Program-made: the position numbers and the translations under genes
Source: Pristiophorus japonicus
Taxonomy: Eukaryota
Direction of reading: 5' to 3'
Length of the DNA stretch: 64,000 nucleotides
Assembly (NCBI RefSeq): GCF_044704955.1
Contig: NC_091999.1
Span: forward strand, 36,456,001 to 36,520,000
The notes under the pieces: generated by a model
Told to the model about the DNA's origin: nothing
Database searches by the model: none
The model's input: only the letters and a program-made list of their open reading frames with translations
In this document: positions 11,676 through 24,100 of the stretch, in pieces
Layout: every line of letters starts with the position of its first letter
Numbering within the stretch: the stretch's first letter is position 1

Positions 11676-14600
11676 TCAGCCCCGTTTAGTCAATTTACCC
11701 TTGTCAACAGAGAGAGGAATGTATTGACCGGTCAGGAGCACCCAATAAGTGTTTCCTTCTCCTTTCGCTAAGATTTCCCCTGCTTGTAAGCGTTTCTGGA
11801 GGTACTGCACCCACACTTTTCCTCCTTCACAAGCTGTGTCCTGAGTCTGATTTCCTTTTTCAATAGTAGGGACACTAACTTTGCCTAACATGTGGCTTAT
11901 GGAGTTCCCCCCACAATGGTCGGTGATTCAGATTGCGCACTGCTTGTGGGAAGACCTTTAACCATCCTTGCAATGTGTTAGTGGTAGTTAATATTTTAAT
12001 CTGTTGCTTAAGTAATCCATTCATGCGTTCTATTAACCCTGCAGCTTGCGGATAGTAAGGTATGTGAAACATCCAATAGATCTCGTTGTCTACCGCCCAC
12101 TGTTGCACTGTTTGACCTGTGAAGTGCGACCCATTATCGGATTGTACTTCTGCTGGCTCACCGTAGTATGTGATTAAATTCTCCAGTCCTTTAATCATAC
12201 TTTGTTGATTCGCTTTAGACACTGGTTAAGCGATCAGAAATGTAGAATAGGTATCAACAACAGTGAGCAAATATTGGAACCGTTGTTGCAATGGTAAAGG
12301 TCCTACATAATCAACTTGCCATGTTTCTGCTGGTTGAGTCCCTCTCTTAATATGGCACCGGGTTGTCGTTGTAGGGGGAAATGCTTCACCTTTTGACACA
12401 TTTCACAGGTGTTTATGATCTGTTTAACACCGTCCGTAGTCAAATGTAACCCCCCCATTTCATGCCCACTGTATCGTACCCTGAATGCCCAAATGTCTAG
12501 ATTTGTAGTGGGCCCACTTGCCTGTGCCATATTCTTCCTCTTCCGCCTGTTTGATAGCCCGTACCCGGGCTATATTATCAACGGTGTTATTATATTCAGA
12601 GGTCTTTGAAGTGTTTTTCATGTGAGTGTCCACATGATATACAGTTATTTTCATCTCCTGGGCTTTGGACCATATTTGTTCCCATAGGTACTTTCCCTAC
12701 AAGTCTTTCCCCGTTATTTGCCAGTTATGTTCATGCCAGTTTCGCATTCAGCCCGCCATGCCATTGGCTACTGCCCCTGAGTCAGTATATATGTGTACGT
12801 GTTGCCGTTTCTCTTCTAACGCAAGGACTACAGCTGCTAGTTCGGCTTGCTGGCTGGAGCCTCCCACGCCCTCATCATGCACAATTGTCTGGGTTTTTGT
12901 ATTGACGGCAGTGGCTCGCCATCGCCGAAGGCCATTTCGCCAGACCGCTGAGCCACCTGTGAACCAGGCATGGCTACGTTCTTCGGGTGTTAACTGTTCA
13001 AAAGGCACGCCCCAGGGGATCGGTGACTCTTTGCTTAAACTGACAGACGACTGCGTAAGTTCACTCTCAGCTGTTTGTGGGTATCCAGCCACATGCTCAT
13101 GTAGTCGGGTGATTACTTCTTTCCCTTTACTTGCTCTGTCTGCGATATACCATTTCCAGCGCACTATGGAGCTTTGCTGCGCTCGCCCGATCTTGTGTGT
13201 CCCATTTTCTGAGAGAACCCACGATAAAATGGGTAGGTCTGGTCTTAAATTGACTTTGTCGTCCCCTGTCTGTCCTTCTGTTTTTGTAATGGCCCAATAA
13301 CATGCTAATAATTTTTTCTCAAATGGAGTGTAACGAGCAGCAGCATCTGTCAATTTTCTAGACCAGAACCCTAACGGTATACGAGTGCCATGTTGAACCT
13401 GCCACAAACATCATACTGCAGTATCATTGGTAACGGATACCTGTAACTCAAAAGGCTGTCCAGGCACTCGTGGGGCTAGGGGTAAAGCTTGAGCTACGGC
13501 TTCTTTGGCTGCATCAAAAGCCACCTGTTGTTCCTTTCCCCACTCGAAGTGGGCCTTTTTTCGTGTTACGGCATACAACGGTTTTAAAAGCATCGTGAGG
13601 TGAGGTATATGTCTCCTCCAGTAACCCAATAGTCCCACGAACCATTGTGCCTCAGCTTTATTCGTGGAGGTGGCCATTTCTTGAATTTTATTCTTCACAG
13701 GCTCGGGTATGATGCGCTCACCCCGAGACCATTGGATCCCCAGAAACTGGACAATCTGGCTAGGGCCCTGCACCTTCTTCGGATTTATCTCCCAGCCCAT
13801 ATCTCACATGTGTTGGACTAAAGTAGCTAGGGCTTCTGACACCACAGCCTCGGTGGGATTTCTTATTAGTACATCATCGATGTAGTGTGCCAGTGAGACA
13901 TTAGGAGCCAACGTGCACAACCAGGTCCCGGGCCACCAATCCGTGGCATAGGGTACGGCTATGTAGGTAACCTTGAGGTAGGCTTTTAAACGTGTATTGC
14001 CTCCCTTCACAAGTGAATGCAAACTGGTCCTGGGATTCTTCCGCTATTGGAATGGAGAAAAAGGCATTGGCCAGGTCGATTACCGCATACCACTCCGCAC
14101 CTTCTTGAGACAGCCGCTCTGTTATAGTTACTACATCTGGGACAGCGGTTGCCAGGGGAGGGGCACATTTGTTCAGTTGTCGGTAATCCACAGTCATCCT
14201 CCAACTTTTGTTGGGTTTCTGCACACGCCAAACAGGGCTATTGTAGGGGGACACCACATGTCTAATGATTCCCGCCTCCAAGAGCCCTTGTATGGTTTCC
14301 TCTATTTCTTTGTGTCCCCCAGGTATTTGGTACTGTTTCATTGTCACTATACGCAATGGCTGTGGTATTACCACTTGTTCCCACTTTGCTTCCCCTGCAA
14401 TCTCAGTGTTCGCCCGTATCCCGAATGAAAATTGCCTGAACGAGGTGTTGTGTGTGGTTCCCTTTAAAAGGTCCATCCCAATAATATGTTCCTTTACTGC
14501 CAATATTAATACCGTTACCCAGCGCAGAGACCAATTTCCCACCGCCATTCTGATAGTTGTTTGGACAGCGGGCGTTTCTGCCCCACGAAACCATTAATCA

Positions 14601-14760
14601 TCATACAGGTCCCTGTGTGTTTCCTAGGATTTCCATGGATAATAGTAACTTCTGCCCCTGTGTCTAGTAAAGCAACATCTCTTTGTATGTTCCCCCCCGT
14701 CCCGCCAATGTATCATAATTGGAATGTGTGGCCTCAGATCCCCGGGAACTTGGGTTGACG
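11676..14760 (-). pseudogene. pol: ERV pro-pol (protease, RT, RNase H, integrase), frameshifted and stopped
   Basis: ORF fragments 13901..14548, 13804..14022, 13411..13800, 12748..13407, 11875..12222 and 11676..11891 carry the motifs named for the provirus. Confidence 0.9.
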
Positions 14761-14834
14761 TGGTTCTAACAGGGAGTACTCCCGGATCCCAGTCACAACC
14801 CAGTCGAGGGGATTACTAGCCTTCCACAGCTCTT

Positions 14835-16377
14835 CTACGCTGGGGTATAGACTAGTGGGAGGTGGTTTCTCCGCATCCACAGATTATCGCTATCCGACTT
14901 AGTCGCCCTTACCTCCCTCCTTTTAACCTTCCCTGTGCCCGGGACGCAGTGTTGCTTCCACATAGAATACATTGCTCCTGTTGGGATTCCATAAATTTTT
15001 TCCTTGGGGACCCCTGCTTTCAGTAAAGCCGCGTACATGTCCCTCCGCACAATTCTTTTTTTTTGTCTTTCCTGAACTTATATCGTTCCCAGAGGTCGAA
15101 CCTTGTCGCTGGTCCCGATTCCCCTCTACATTAGCCGTTCTCGACTCTCGCACACTATCTTCGACATCCTCTAACTGTCCTAACAATAGGAAAGCGTCCC
15201 CCACCCGCTTCTCTTGGGCTGGTCCCAATAATGCACGTAGCGCATCCCTCTTCATCAGCCTGCTCCGTATTCCTGCTGTAAAGAGCTCCTGATCTGGCCC
15301 CCCACATTGTTGGTGATATATTCTTCCCTGTGTTGCCATCTTGCACAATTGTATCACACCCTCCAGCACAGTACTCCAAGGTTTTACCTTCCCTTCCCAA
15401 TCAATGGCGGAGGGATATTTTTTCTGGACCCCTATAGTAACCATGTCCCATAGCGAACTTGTGCCCTGGACATTCCGTAGCATTGCTGTGATATGGTGGT
15501 CCGTAATCATAGTCCTCATTTTTGTTAATTCTTCAGGGTTAAATATTACGCCTGATGCTCCCTGGTCCCAAATCCGGGTTAGCCATTCTGACAATGATTC
15601 CCGGGTTTTTGGCGAAATCGAGACCCTATTTCTTGTAACTCACTAGTGGTGAAGTCACGCACCCCTCTAGTGGTTACCGGCTGTTCCCCATCTTGCTGTT
15701 TCACCTTATTTATCATAAGGGTTTAGCTTTCGTGCTCGGATCATATGGGGGAGGGTTTTTAGTTTCCTCCCGTTCCCCCCCCCCTCTCCATCTGACCATT
15801 CATATTCTGAGTCAGAGGATTACCAGATGTCTCCTTCCCAATGAGCCGGATCCCAAGTGGGTCCAGCTATCAATGCACGTACCTTTGACCGATCTATCTG
15901 TAATTTCCGTCATCTGGCTTTTTAATAATGTTGTACTGTCACCAGATGGCATATTAAAGTTTCTGATTGTTCATTGAGCTTTTCCACCCATTATTGTGCA
16001 GTGTGGACCGCTTCAGTGAGAGTCGAGTTTTGACTTTCGAAAAACTTAACAGCTGTTTTTAACTCTAGGTTTTCTGCCTCACTTTCCTTAAGTTGTTTAC
16101 ACATCGTCTTTAATGCTGTCAACAAAATCCATCCCATTTGTGGGGGGCTACTTTTCTCCTGTGGGAAGCCCGCTTCCTCCAGGAGAGACAGTACCGCGTG
16201 GGGTACGGGTCTATCTTTGCTCTGTTCCAATAACTGCATATCCCAATGTTGCGGGGGTGGAAACTGGGCTAGCACATTGGCAAGAGAGCTAAAACCCTCA
16301 TCCCACGTGCTCCACCCTGGTATTCTATACTTCTCTCCCGCAGGAGGAGACTGCTCCTTGTCTTTTCTCATAAACAT
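14835..16377 (-). pseudogene. gag: ERV gag, frameshifted
   Basis: ORFs 15991..16377, 14923..15594 (SEWLTRIWDQGA, typical of class III gag) and 14835..15050, directly after the PBS. Confidence 0.8.
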
Positions 16378-16385
16378 TTTACCAG

Positions 16386-16403
16386 ATCCTGTTCATGACA
16401 CCA
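16386..16403 (-). other. Primer-binding site, tRNA-Ser(CGA)-type
   Basis: Minus-strand TGGTGTCATGAACAGGAT versus the recalled complement TGGCGTCACGAACAGGAT: 16/18 match, both mismatches being CpG transitions. Confidence 0.75.
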
Positions 16404-16407
16404 CCAT

Positions 16408-16941
16408 TTTTTGGATCGATAATAATAGACCCAGGTTCGGGATCTGGATGGATGTTAAATAAGGGACAAGACAAATGAAGTAAAGAAAAAACACCGTTTA
16501 CTGAGGGAAAAGAAACATAATACAGTTTACAAAGAAAAGAGAAGTATGATAAGATGCAACAAAGCTCACAGCTTTCGGCCCACCGGGAACTCCGCAACGA
16601 TGGCTGGTCTGGAGCCTTGGGGGTCCCGGCACCGCTCGCGAATCACGGTCCAAGGTGAAGTTAAAAGAGCTACTGGACAGTTCCATTCCTTTATACTATT
16701 GAACAAACATGGGTGCATGTGGCTTATGGCCAACTCCTAATCTGTAAGGCCCCAGCTGTTCTTTCACAAAGCATGAGACCTCGAGGCGCAGACTGTCCCA
16801 TAAACAAGATGGTGTGTGCATCAAGTTCTCTCTCTCTCTCTCTCTCTGCATCAACAACATTCCATTCGGCATGAAGCAGAAACATACTGTAAATGTCGAA
16901 ATATCATAATTAACCCTATGTGATTAACCCTATACAATACA
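16408..16941 (-). repeat. ERV 5' LTR
   Basis: Direct repeat of 10555-11088, adjacent to the PBS. Confidence 0.9.
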
Positions 16942-17339
16942 GGGGCCGCACCACTTGCACACGCCGATTGGTTGGAAGACTAACCGCTCACCCAGTCCTC
17001 CAGTTCCACAACTGCTTTCCCTATTGGTCGGGAGCTGCCATCAATCAGCCAGGCAGTGTGAGCTGAGCATGCTCAGTGGGCGAGACAGGGGGTCAGAGAT
17101 GGGTGGAGGGAGGCAGCGAGTTAATAAAGGACGCGCTTATTTGTACTGCAAAAATGGCCGCCATGTTCCAACCATTTTCCATGATTGGTTCCTTTGGAGG
17201 ATGAGCCAAAGCCTGAGGTTTCACTCGAATGTGTAACTGAAAACACCCATCCCAACGTATCATTGACTTGCAAATTGTAACTTGATCCACTTTGATTTCC
17301 TGAAACAACAGAGGCAGAGCTCCCAGAAGACAGCGACTG

Positions 17340-18165
17340 CCAGCCAAAGTGCCTTGCCCCAATCCCAGTGCACCCCTCCCCAGCCGAAGTGCCTTACTCC
17401 AGTCGCAGTTCAGGCCTCCCCCAGCCGAAGTGCCTTACCGCAGTCCCAGTGCATGCCTCCCCCATCTGAAGTGCCTTACCGCAGTCCCAGTGCCCGCCTC
17501 CCCCAGCCGAAGTGCCTTACCCCAGTCCCAGTATATGCCTCCCCTAGGCGAAGTGCCTTACCTCAGTATATGCCTCCCCCAGCCAAAGTGCCTTACCCCA
17601 GTCGCGGTGGAAGTCTCCTCCAGCCGAAGTGCCTTACCACAGTCCCAGTGCATTCTGTCCCCAGCCGAAGTGCCTTACACCAGTCCCAGTGCATGCCTCC
17701 CCCAGCCGAAGTGCCCTACCCCAGTCCCAGTATATGCATCCCCCCGCCAAAGTGCCTTACTTCAGTCCAGTGCATGCCCCCACCCCAGCTAAATTGCCTT
17801 CCCCTTTCCCAATGCATGCCTCCCACAGCCCAAGTGCCTTACCCTAGTCCCAGGGCACGCCTCCCCCAGCTGAAGTGCCTTACCACAGATCGAGCGTATG
17901 CCCCCCCAGCTGAAGTGTCTTACCCCAGTCCAAGTGCATGCCTCCCCCAGCCGATGTGCCTTACCGCAGTCCCAGTGCCCGCCTCTCCCAGCCGAAGTGC
18001 CTTACCCCAGTCCCAGTGCATGCCTCCCCATCTGAAATGCCTTACCCCAGTCCCAGTGTATGCATCGCGCAGCCGAAGTGCCTTACCCCAATCCCAGTGC
18101 ATGCCTCCCCCATTCGAAGTGCCTTACCCCAGTCCCAGTGTATGCCTCCCCCAGCCGAAGTGCCA
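17340..18165 (+). repeat. 41-bp minisatellite (ccccagccgaagtgccttaccccagtcccagtgcatgcctc), ~20 copies
   Basis: Period 41 (cagccgaag at 17381 and 17422). Confidence 0.95.
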
Positions 18166-18199
18166 GTTTTATTTCACTGCACCACATGCATGGAATGAT

Positions 18200-18600
18200 T
18201 CGGGCCCGGATGGGGCGGGGCTTGTCGCCTGTCAGTCACAAAGTGCAGAACCAATAGTTCCCTGCGTTAATAAACCCAGGGCGGGACACACAGCAAGAGT
18301 GCGGGCCCAGGCCCGAGAGACAAAAATCCGCACCATCATCCTCACACACACCCGGGCTCGTCACCAAGAACCGAAGCACAGGCCGGTTCCAGGCCCAGTC
18401 AGTGAGCGCCCGGGGGAGCGGGCACAGCGGCCGCCATCTTGGTCAGGTTGGGGGAGAGGGCTCAGTGGTCGCCATCTTGGTTAGGGTGGGTCTCGGGGCG
18501 CATGCGCGGCCCTTTGGGCAGGGATAATGGATGGGCGGGGCTTCAGCATGTCTGTCAGTTTGATTGGACACATGTTTGTGACCAGGTCAGTAGCCCCTGA
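18200..18600 (-). promoter_or_regulatory. CpG-island promoter and putative first exon
   Basis: Two YY1-type CGCCATCTTGG motifs (~18433, ~18470); GCGCATGCGC NRF1 palindrome ~18498; GC boxes GGGCGGGG; CCAAT; minus-strand AAGATGGCGGCC...CCCGG|GTGTGT donor-like junction. Confidence 0.55.
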
Positions 18601-18629
18601 CAGGGAGCCTTGTTGTGCTGATTGTTGTC

Positions 18630-19355
18630 TCACCCTAATGGGCCAGCCCGGGCTCACACTATTGGGCAGGCCCGTCTCACCCTATTGGGCCAGCACGGGT
18701 TCACCCTAATGGGCCAGCCTGGGCTCACCCTATTGTGCCAGCACTGGCTCACCCTATTGGGCCAGCCAGGGCTCACACTATTGGGCAGGCCCGTCTCACC
18801 CTATTGGGCCAGCATGGGTTCACCCTATTGGGCCAGCCTGGGCTCATCCTGTTGAGCCAGCCTGGGCTCGACATATTGAGCCAGCCCGGGCTCGCCCAAT
18901 TGTACCAACCCGGTTCACTCTATTGGGCCAGCATGGGTTCACCCTATTGGGCCAGCATGTGCTCAACCTATTGAGCCAGCCCGGGCTCACCCTATTCGGC
19001 CAGCTCGGGCTCACCCTATTGGGCCAGCCAGGGCTCACACTATTGGGCAGGCCCGTCTCACCCTATTGGGCCAGCACGGGTTCACCCTATTGGGCCAGCC
19101 TGGGCTCAACCTGTTGAGCCAGCCTGGGCTCGACATATTGAGCCATGCCGGGCTCGCCCAATTGGACCAACCCGGTTCACTCTATTGGGCCAGCATGGGT
19201 TCACCCTATTGGGCCAGCATGTGCTCACCCTATTGGGCCAGCCCGGGCTCACCCTGTTCGGCCAGCTCGGGCTCACCCTATTGGGCAAGCCTGGCTCATT
19301 CTTTTGGGCCAGCACAGGCTCACCCTATTGCGCCAGCACAGGCTCACCCTCTTGG
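18630..19355 (+). repeat. 21/24-bp minisatellite (ctcaccctattgggccagcccggg) with a ~261-bp higher-order repeat
   Basis: About 30 units; the variant block 'cccggttcactctattgggccagcatgggttc' recurs at 18910 and 19171. Confidence 0.92.
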
Positions 19356-19914
19356 GGGCCATTCTCCGGTGTTGTGCTACCTTGAGCGTTTGTATCAGAT
19401 TTCTAACCCGTAATGTACCTGCCCTGGGAGAGTTTGATGGGACAGTGAAAGGTAGACTTACTCTGCCGTGTACTGAACTGTGACAATCTGTGATGGAACG
19501 GAGTGCTGTTTTTTAATAGAACCTGCCATGTGACTGTGACAGACCATAATATTAGAGGAGACTGCATGGTGCACCTGGTCGTTGTGCCGTAATTCTGCCT
19601 CTGGAACCGGATACAACAAGGCAGTGGTAGAGGTGTCTTTAATCCGATGGGACACTGGGTGGTCCCGTGGGTCCTTCACCAACGGGACTTGGGTTCAATC
19701 ACAACCCAGACAGGACGGGTGAAATATACCTGTCAGGCAAATAAAACACAGTGTGACAGGAAAAATGGAGCGGTGTACAGGAGCCATGGAGAAAATCCAA
19801 GTTACTTCAATTTGTCATTCCAGATTTATTAACAATTTCACGGAAAACAATTTACAGGGAAGTGTAAAAACGTGAACACAAAGTGAATATAACTGAGCAA
19901 TACATTGAGAACCA

Positions 19915-20300
19915 AACACAGGCGGATTGGGCCTATAGTCTCTGGAATTTAAAATAATGAGAGGTGATCTGATTGAAACATAAGATTCTGAGGGCGCTTG
20001 ACAAGTTAAATGCAGAAGGTTTGTTTACCCCGCCATTTAAGACGGAGATGAGGAGGAATTTCTTCACTTAGAGGGTTGTGAATGTTTGGAATTCCCTGCC
20101 ACAGACGGCTGTGGATGCTGAGTCTCTAAATATATTCAAGACTCAAATAGTTAGATTTTTGGAACCTAGGAGAAGCAAGGGATATGCTATCAGGCGGGAA
20201 AGTGGAGTTGAGGTCGATGTTCAGCCCTGATCTTATTGAATGGCGGAGCAGACTCGAGGGGCCGTAGGGCCTACTCCTGCTCCTATTTCTTATGTTCTTA
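19915..20300 (+). mobile_element. CR1 LINE 3' fragment
   Basis: 'gagatgaggaggaatttcttcac...tggaattccctgcc' and the 3' tail 'cctatttcttatgttctta'. Confidence 0.8.
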
Positions 20301-20655
20301 AGTCGGAGCTGCCGCTATCTGCACAGTTGTGACAGACATCAGAGCGAGTGAACAGGGGCTCAGCATAAAGGGAAGGGAACACTTGTGAATAAGAATGAGA
20401 AAAGTTATTTATTTACACATGAAATGTACAAGGCACGGTGAAACTCTGAGATGCAGTTACATTACAGCCACAATTATCGAACACATTTCAAACAGAAAGA
20501 CGGAAATCCCAGTTATATATTTCTCAGCCACTGATTCGGATCTAGTAACTGAAGGTAGTTTACTCTGAGAATCACCAAGAGAATATATTTTATTTTTAGT
20601 GACACAGGGATGATAAACAGATGAGGAACATCCACGGCGGCCGAAATTCAGACCA

Positions 20656-20664
20656 TCATTTGAG
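20656..20664 (-). CDS. IGHM: IgM membrane exon TM2 (LK-stop)
   Basis: ttttacag|CTC AAA TGA; downstream AATAAA at 20589-20594 on the minus strand. Confidence 0.85.
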   Translation of the reverse strand, partial: LK

Positions 20665-20804
20665 CTGTAAAAGAGGGATAAAAGAATGAAGCGGAGGTTT
20701 AGTGGTCTGGGGCATTTATCTCAGGGTTTATATTAATGAAACATCCAGAGATTTGTCAAACGGCTTCAGTCAGATGGAAGTGTGAGCGGATTGAATCTTC
20801 CCAC

Positions 20805-20932
20805 CTTCACGAGCGTGACGGCAGCGCTGTAGGAAATGCTCAGGAAGAACACGATGATGAATGTGGAAGCTGTTGTCCAGATGTTGCCGCTCTCGTCCTC
20901 ATAGTCTTCATTCCAGATGTGGTCTGAGGAAT
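20805..20932 (-). CDS. IGHM: IgM membrane exon TM1
   Basis: ccccgtag|(D)SSDHIWNEDYEDESGNIWTTASTFIIVFFLSISYSAAVTLVK|gtggg; conserved WTTASTF/YS antigen-receptor TM motif. Confidence 0.95.
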
Positions 20933-21130
20933 CTACGGGGATGTAGGGGAGGAAATATATTCAAATCGTTTATTAATCCCGGGTATCATACTATTATTTT
21001 ATATTCTCTTTTTTTCACCTTAAAGTATTAGTTTGATCTTTAATTGGACTTTCAATGTATATTTTGTGTTATGTTAATCACTCTCAGCAATCTCTCACTG
21101 TTCCTCACTCCACTGCCGCTCTTCCATTAT

Positions 21131-24100
21131 AGAAACATAGAAACATAGAAACATAGAAAATAGGTGCAGGAGTAGGCCATTCGGCCCTTCTAGCCTACAC
21201 CGCCATTCAATGAGTTCATGGCTGAACATGCAACTTCAGTACCCCCTTCCTGCTTTCTCACTATACCCCTTGATTCCCCTAGTAGTAAGGACTTCATCTA
21301 ACTCCTTTTTGAATATATTTAGTGAATTGGCCTCAACAACTTTCTGTGGTAGAGAATTCCACAGGTTCACCACTCTCTGGGTGAAGAAATTCCTCCTCAT
21401 CTCGGTCCTAAATGGCTTCCCCCTTATCCTTAGCCTGTGTCCCCTGGTTCTGGACTTCCCCAACATTGGGAACATTCATCCTGCGTCTAACCTGTCTAAA
21501 CCCGTCAGAATTTTAAACGTTCCTATGAGGTCCCGTCTCATTCTTCTGAACTCCAGTGAATACAAGCCCAGTTGATCCAGTCTTTTTTGATAGGTCAGTC
21601 CCGCCATCCCGGGAATCGGTCTGGTGAACCTTCGCTGCACTCCCTCAATAGCAAGAATGTCCTTCCTTAGGTTAGGAGACCAAAACTGTACACAATACTC
21701 CAGGTGTGGCCTCACCAAGGCCCTGTACAATTGTAGCAACACCTCCCTGCCCCTGTACTCAAATCCCCTCGCTATGAAGGCCAACATGCCATTTGCTTTC
21801 TTAACCGCCTGCTGTACCTGCATGCCAACCTTCAATGACTGATGTACCATGACACCCAGGTCTCTTTGCACCTCCCCTTTTCCTAATCTGTCACCATTCA
21901 GATAATAGTCTGTCTCTCTGTTTTTATCACCAAAGTGGATAACCTCACATTTATCCATATTATACTTTATCTGCCATGCATTTGCCCACTCACCCACCCT
22001 ATCCAAGTCGCTCTGCAGCATCATAGCATCCTCTTCGCAGCTCACACTGCCACCCAACTTAGTGTCATTCGCAAATTTGGAGATACTACATTTAATCCCC
22101 TCATCTAAATCATTAATGTACAGTGTAAACAGCTGGGGCCCCAGCACAGAACCTTGCGGTACCCCACTAGTCACTGCCTGCCATTATGAAAAGTCCCATT
22201 TACTCCTACTCTTTGCTTCCTGTCTGACAACGAGTTCTCAATCCATGTCAGCAAACTACCCCAATCCCATGTGCTTTAACTTTGCACATTAATCTCTTGT
22301 GTGGGACCTTGTCGAAAGCCTTCTGAAAGTCCAAATATACCACATCACCTGGTTCTCCCTTGTCCACTCTATTGGAAACATCCTCAAAAAATTTCAGAAG
22401 ATTTGTCAAGCATGATTTCCCTTTCACAAATCCATGCTGACTTGGACTTGTTATATTACCTATTACCAAATGCACTGCTATGACATCCTTAATAATTGAT
22501 TCCATCATTTTACCCACTACCCATGTCAGGCTGACCGGTCTATAATTCCCTGTTTTCTCTATCCCTCCTTTTTTAAAAAGTGGGGTTACATTGGCTACCC
22601 TCCACTCCATAGGAACTGATCCACAGTCAATGGAATGTTGGAAAATGACTGTCAATGCATCCACTATTTCCAAGGCCACCTCCTTAAGTACTCTGGGATG
22701 CAGTCCATCAGGCCCTGGGGATTTATCGGCCTTCAATCCCATCAATTTCCCCAACACAGTTTCCCGACTAATAAGGATTTCCCTCAGTTCCTCCTCCTTA
22801 CTCGACCCTCCGACCCCTTTTATATCCGGAAGGTTGTTTGTGCCCTCCTCAGTGATTACCGATCCAAAGTACTTGTTCAATTGGTCCGCCATTTCTTTGT
22901 TCCCCGTTATGACTTCCCCTGATTCTGACTGCAGGGGACCTACGTTTGTCTTTACTAACCTTTTTCTCTTTACATATCTATAGAAACTTTTGCAATCCGT
23001 CTTAATGTTCCCTGCAAGCTTCTTCTCGTACTCCTTTTTCCCTGCCCTAATCAAACCCTTTGTCCTCCTCTGCTGAGTTCTAAATTTCTCCCAGTCCCCG
23101 GGTTCGCTGCTATTTCTGGCCAATTTGTATGCCACTTCCTTGGCTTTAATGCTATCCCTGATTTCCCTTGATAGCCACGGTTGAGCCACCTTCCCTTTTT
23201 TATTTTTACGCCAGACAGGAATGTACAATTGTTGTAGTTCATCCATGCGGTCTCTAAATGTCTGCCATTGCCCATCCACAATCAACCCCTTCAGTATCAT
23301 TCGCCAATCTATCCTAGCCAATTCACGCCTCATACCTTCAAAGTTACCCTTCTTTAAGTTCTGGACCATGGTCTCTGAATTAACTGTTTCATTCTCCATC
23401 CTAATGTAGAATTCCACCTTATTATGGTCACTCTTCCCCAAGGGGCCTCGCACAACGAGATTGCTAATTAATCCTCTCTCATTACACAACACCCAGTCTA
23501 AGATGGCCTCCCCCCTAGTTGGTTCCTCGACATATTGGTCTAAAAAAACATCCCTTATGCACTCCAGGAAATCCTCCTCCAACGTATTGCTTCCAGTTTG
23601 GTTAACCCAATCTATGAGCATATTAAAGTCACCCATTATAACTGCTGCACCTTTATTGCACGCACCCCTAATTTCATGTTTGATGCCCTCCCCAACATCA
23701 CTACTACTGTTTGGAGGTCTGTACACAACTCCCACTAACGTTTTTTGTCCTTTGGTATTCTGGAGCTCTACCCATATAGATTCCACATCATCCAAGCTAA
23801 TGTCCTTCCGAACTATTGCCTTAATTTGCTCCTTCACCAGCAATGCTACCTCACCTCCTTTTCCTTTTATTCTATCTTTCCTGAATGTTGAATACCCCTG
23901 GATGTTGAGTTCCCAGCCCTGATCATCCTGGAGCCACGTCTCCGTAATCCCAATCACGTCATATTTGTTAACATCTATTTGCACAGTTAATTAATCCACA
24001 TTGTTGCGGATACTCCTTGCATTAAGACACAAAGCCTTCAGGCTGTTTTTTTTAACACCCTTTGTCCTTTTAGAATTTTGCTGTACAGTGGCCCTTTTTG

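Larger units (their letters stand above)
10555..16941 (-). mobile_element. Class III (ERV-L/ERV-S-like) endogenous retrovirus with two LTRs and decayed gag-pro-pol-env
   Basis: ~534-bp LTRs at ~10555-11088 and ~16408-16941; PBS at 16386-16403; gag from ATG 16377; protease LLDTGA; RT LPQGYLHS/YIDD; PLGFWS and AQQSSIVRWKWYI class III signatures; RNase H; integrase SDNGSHF/YYPQAAGLIER; PPT next to the 3' LTR. Confidence 0.92.

Noticed and set aside
17282-18484. 400-aa Pro-rich ORF
   Set aside because: Translation of a 41-bp minisatellite cycling through frames; no domain or splice support.
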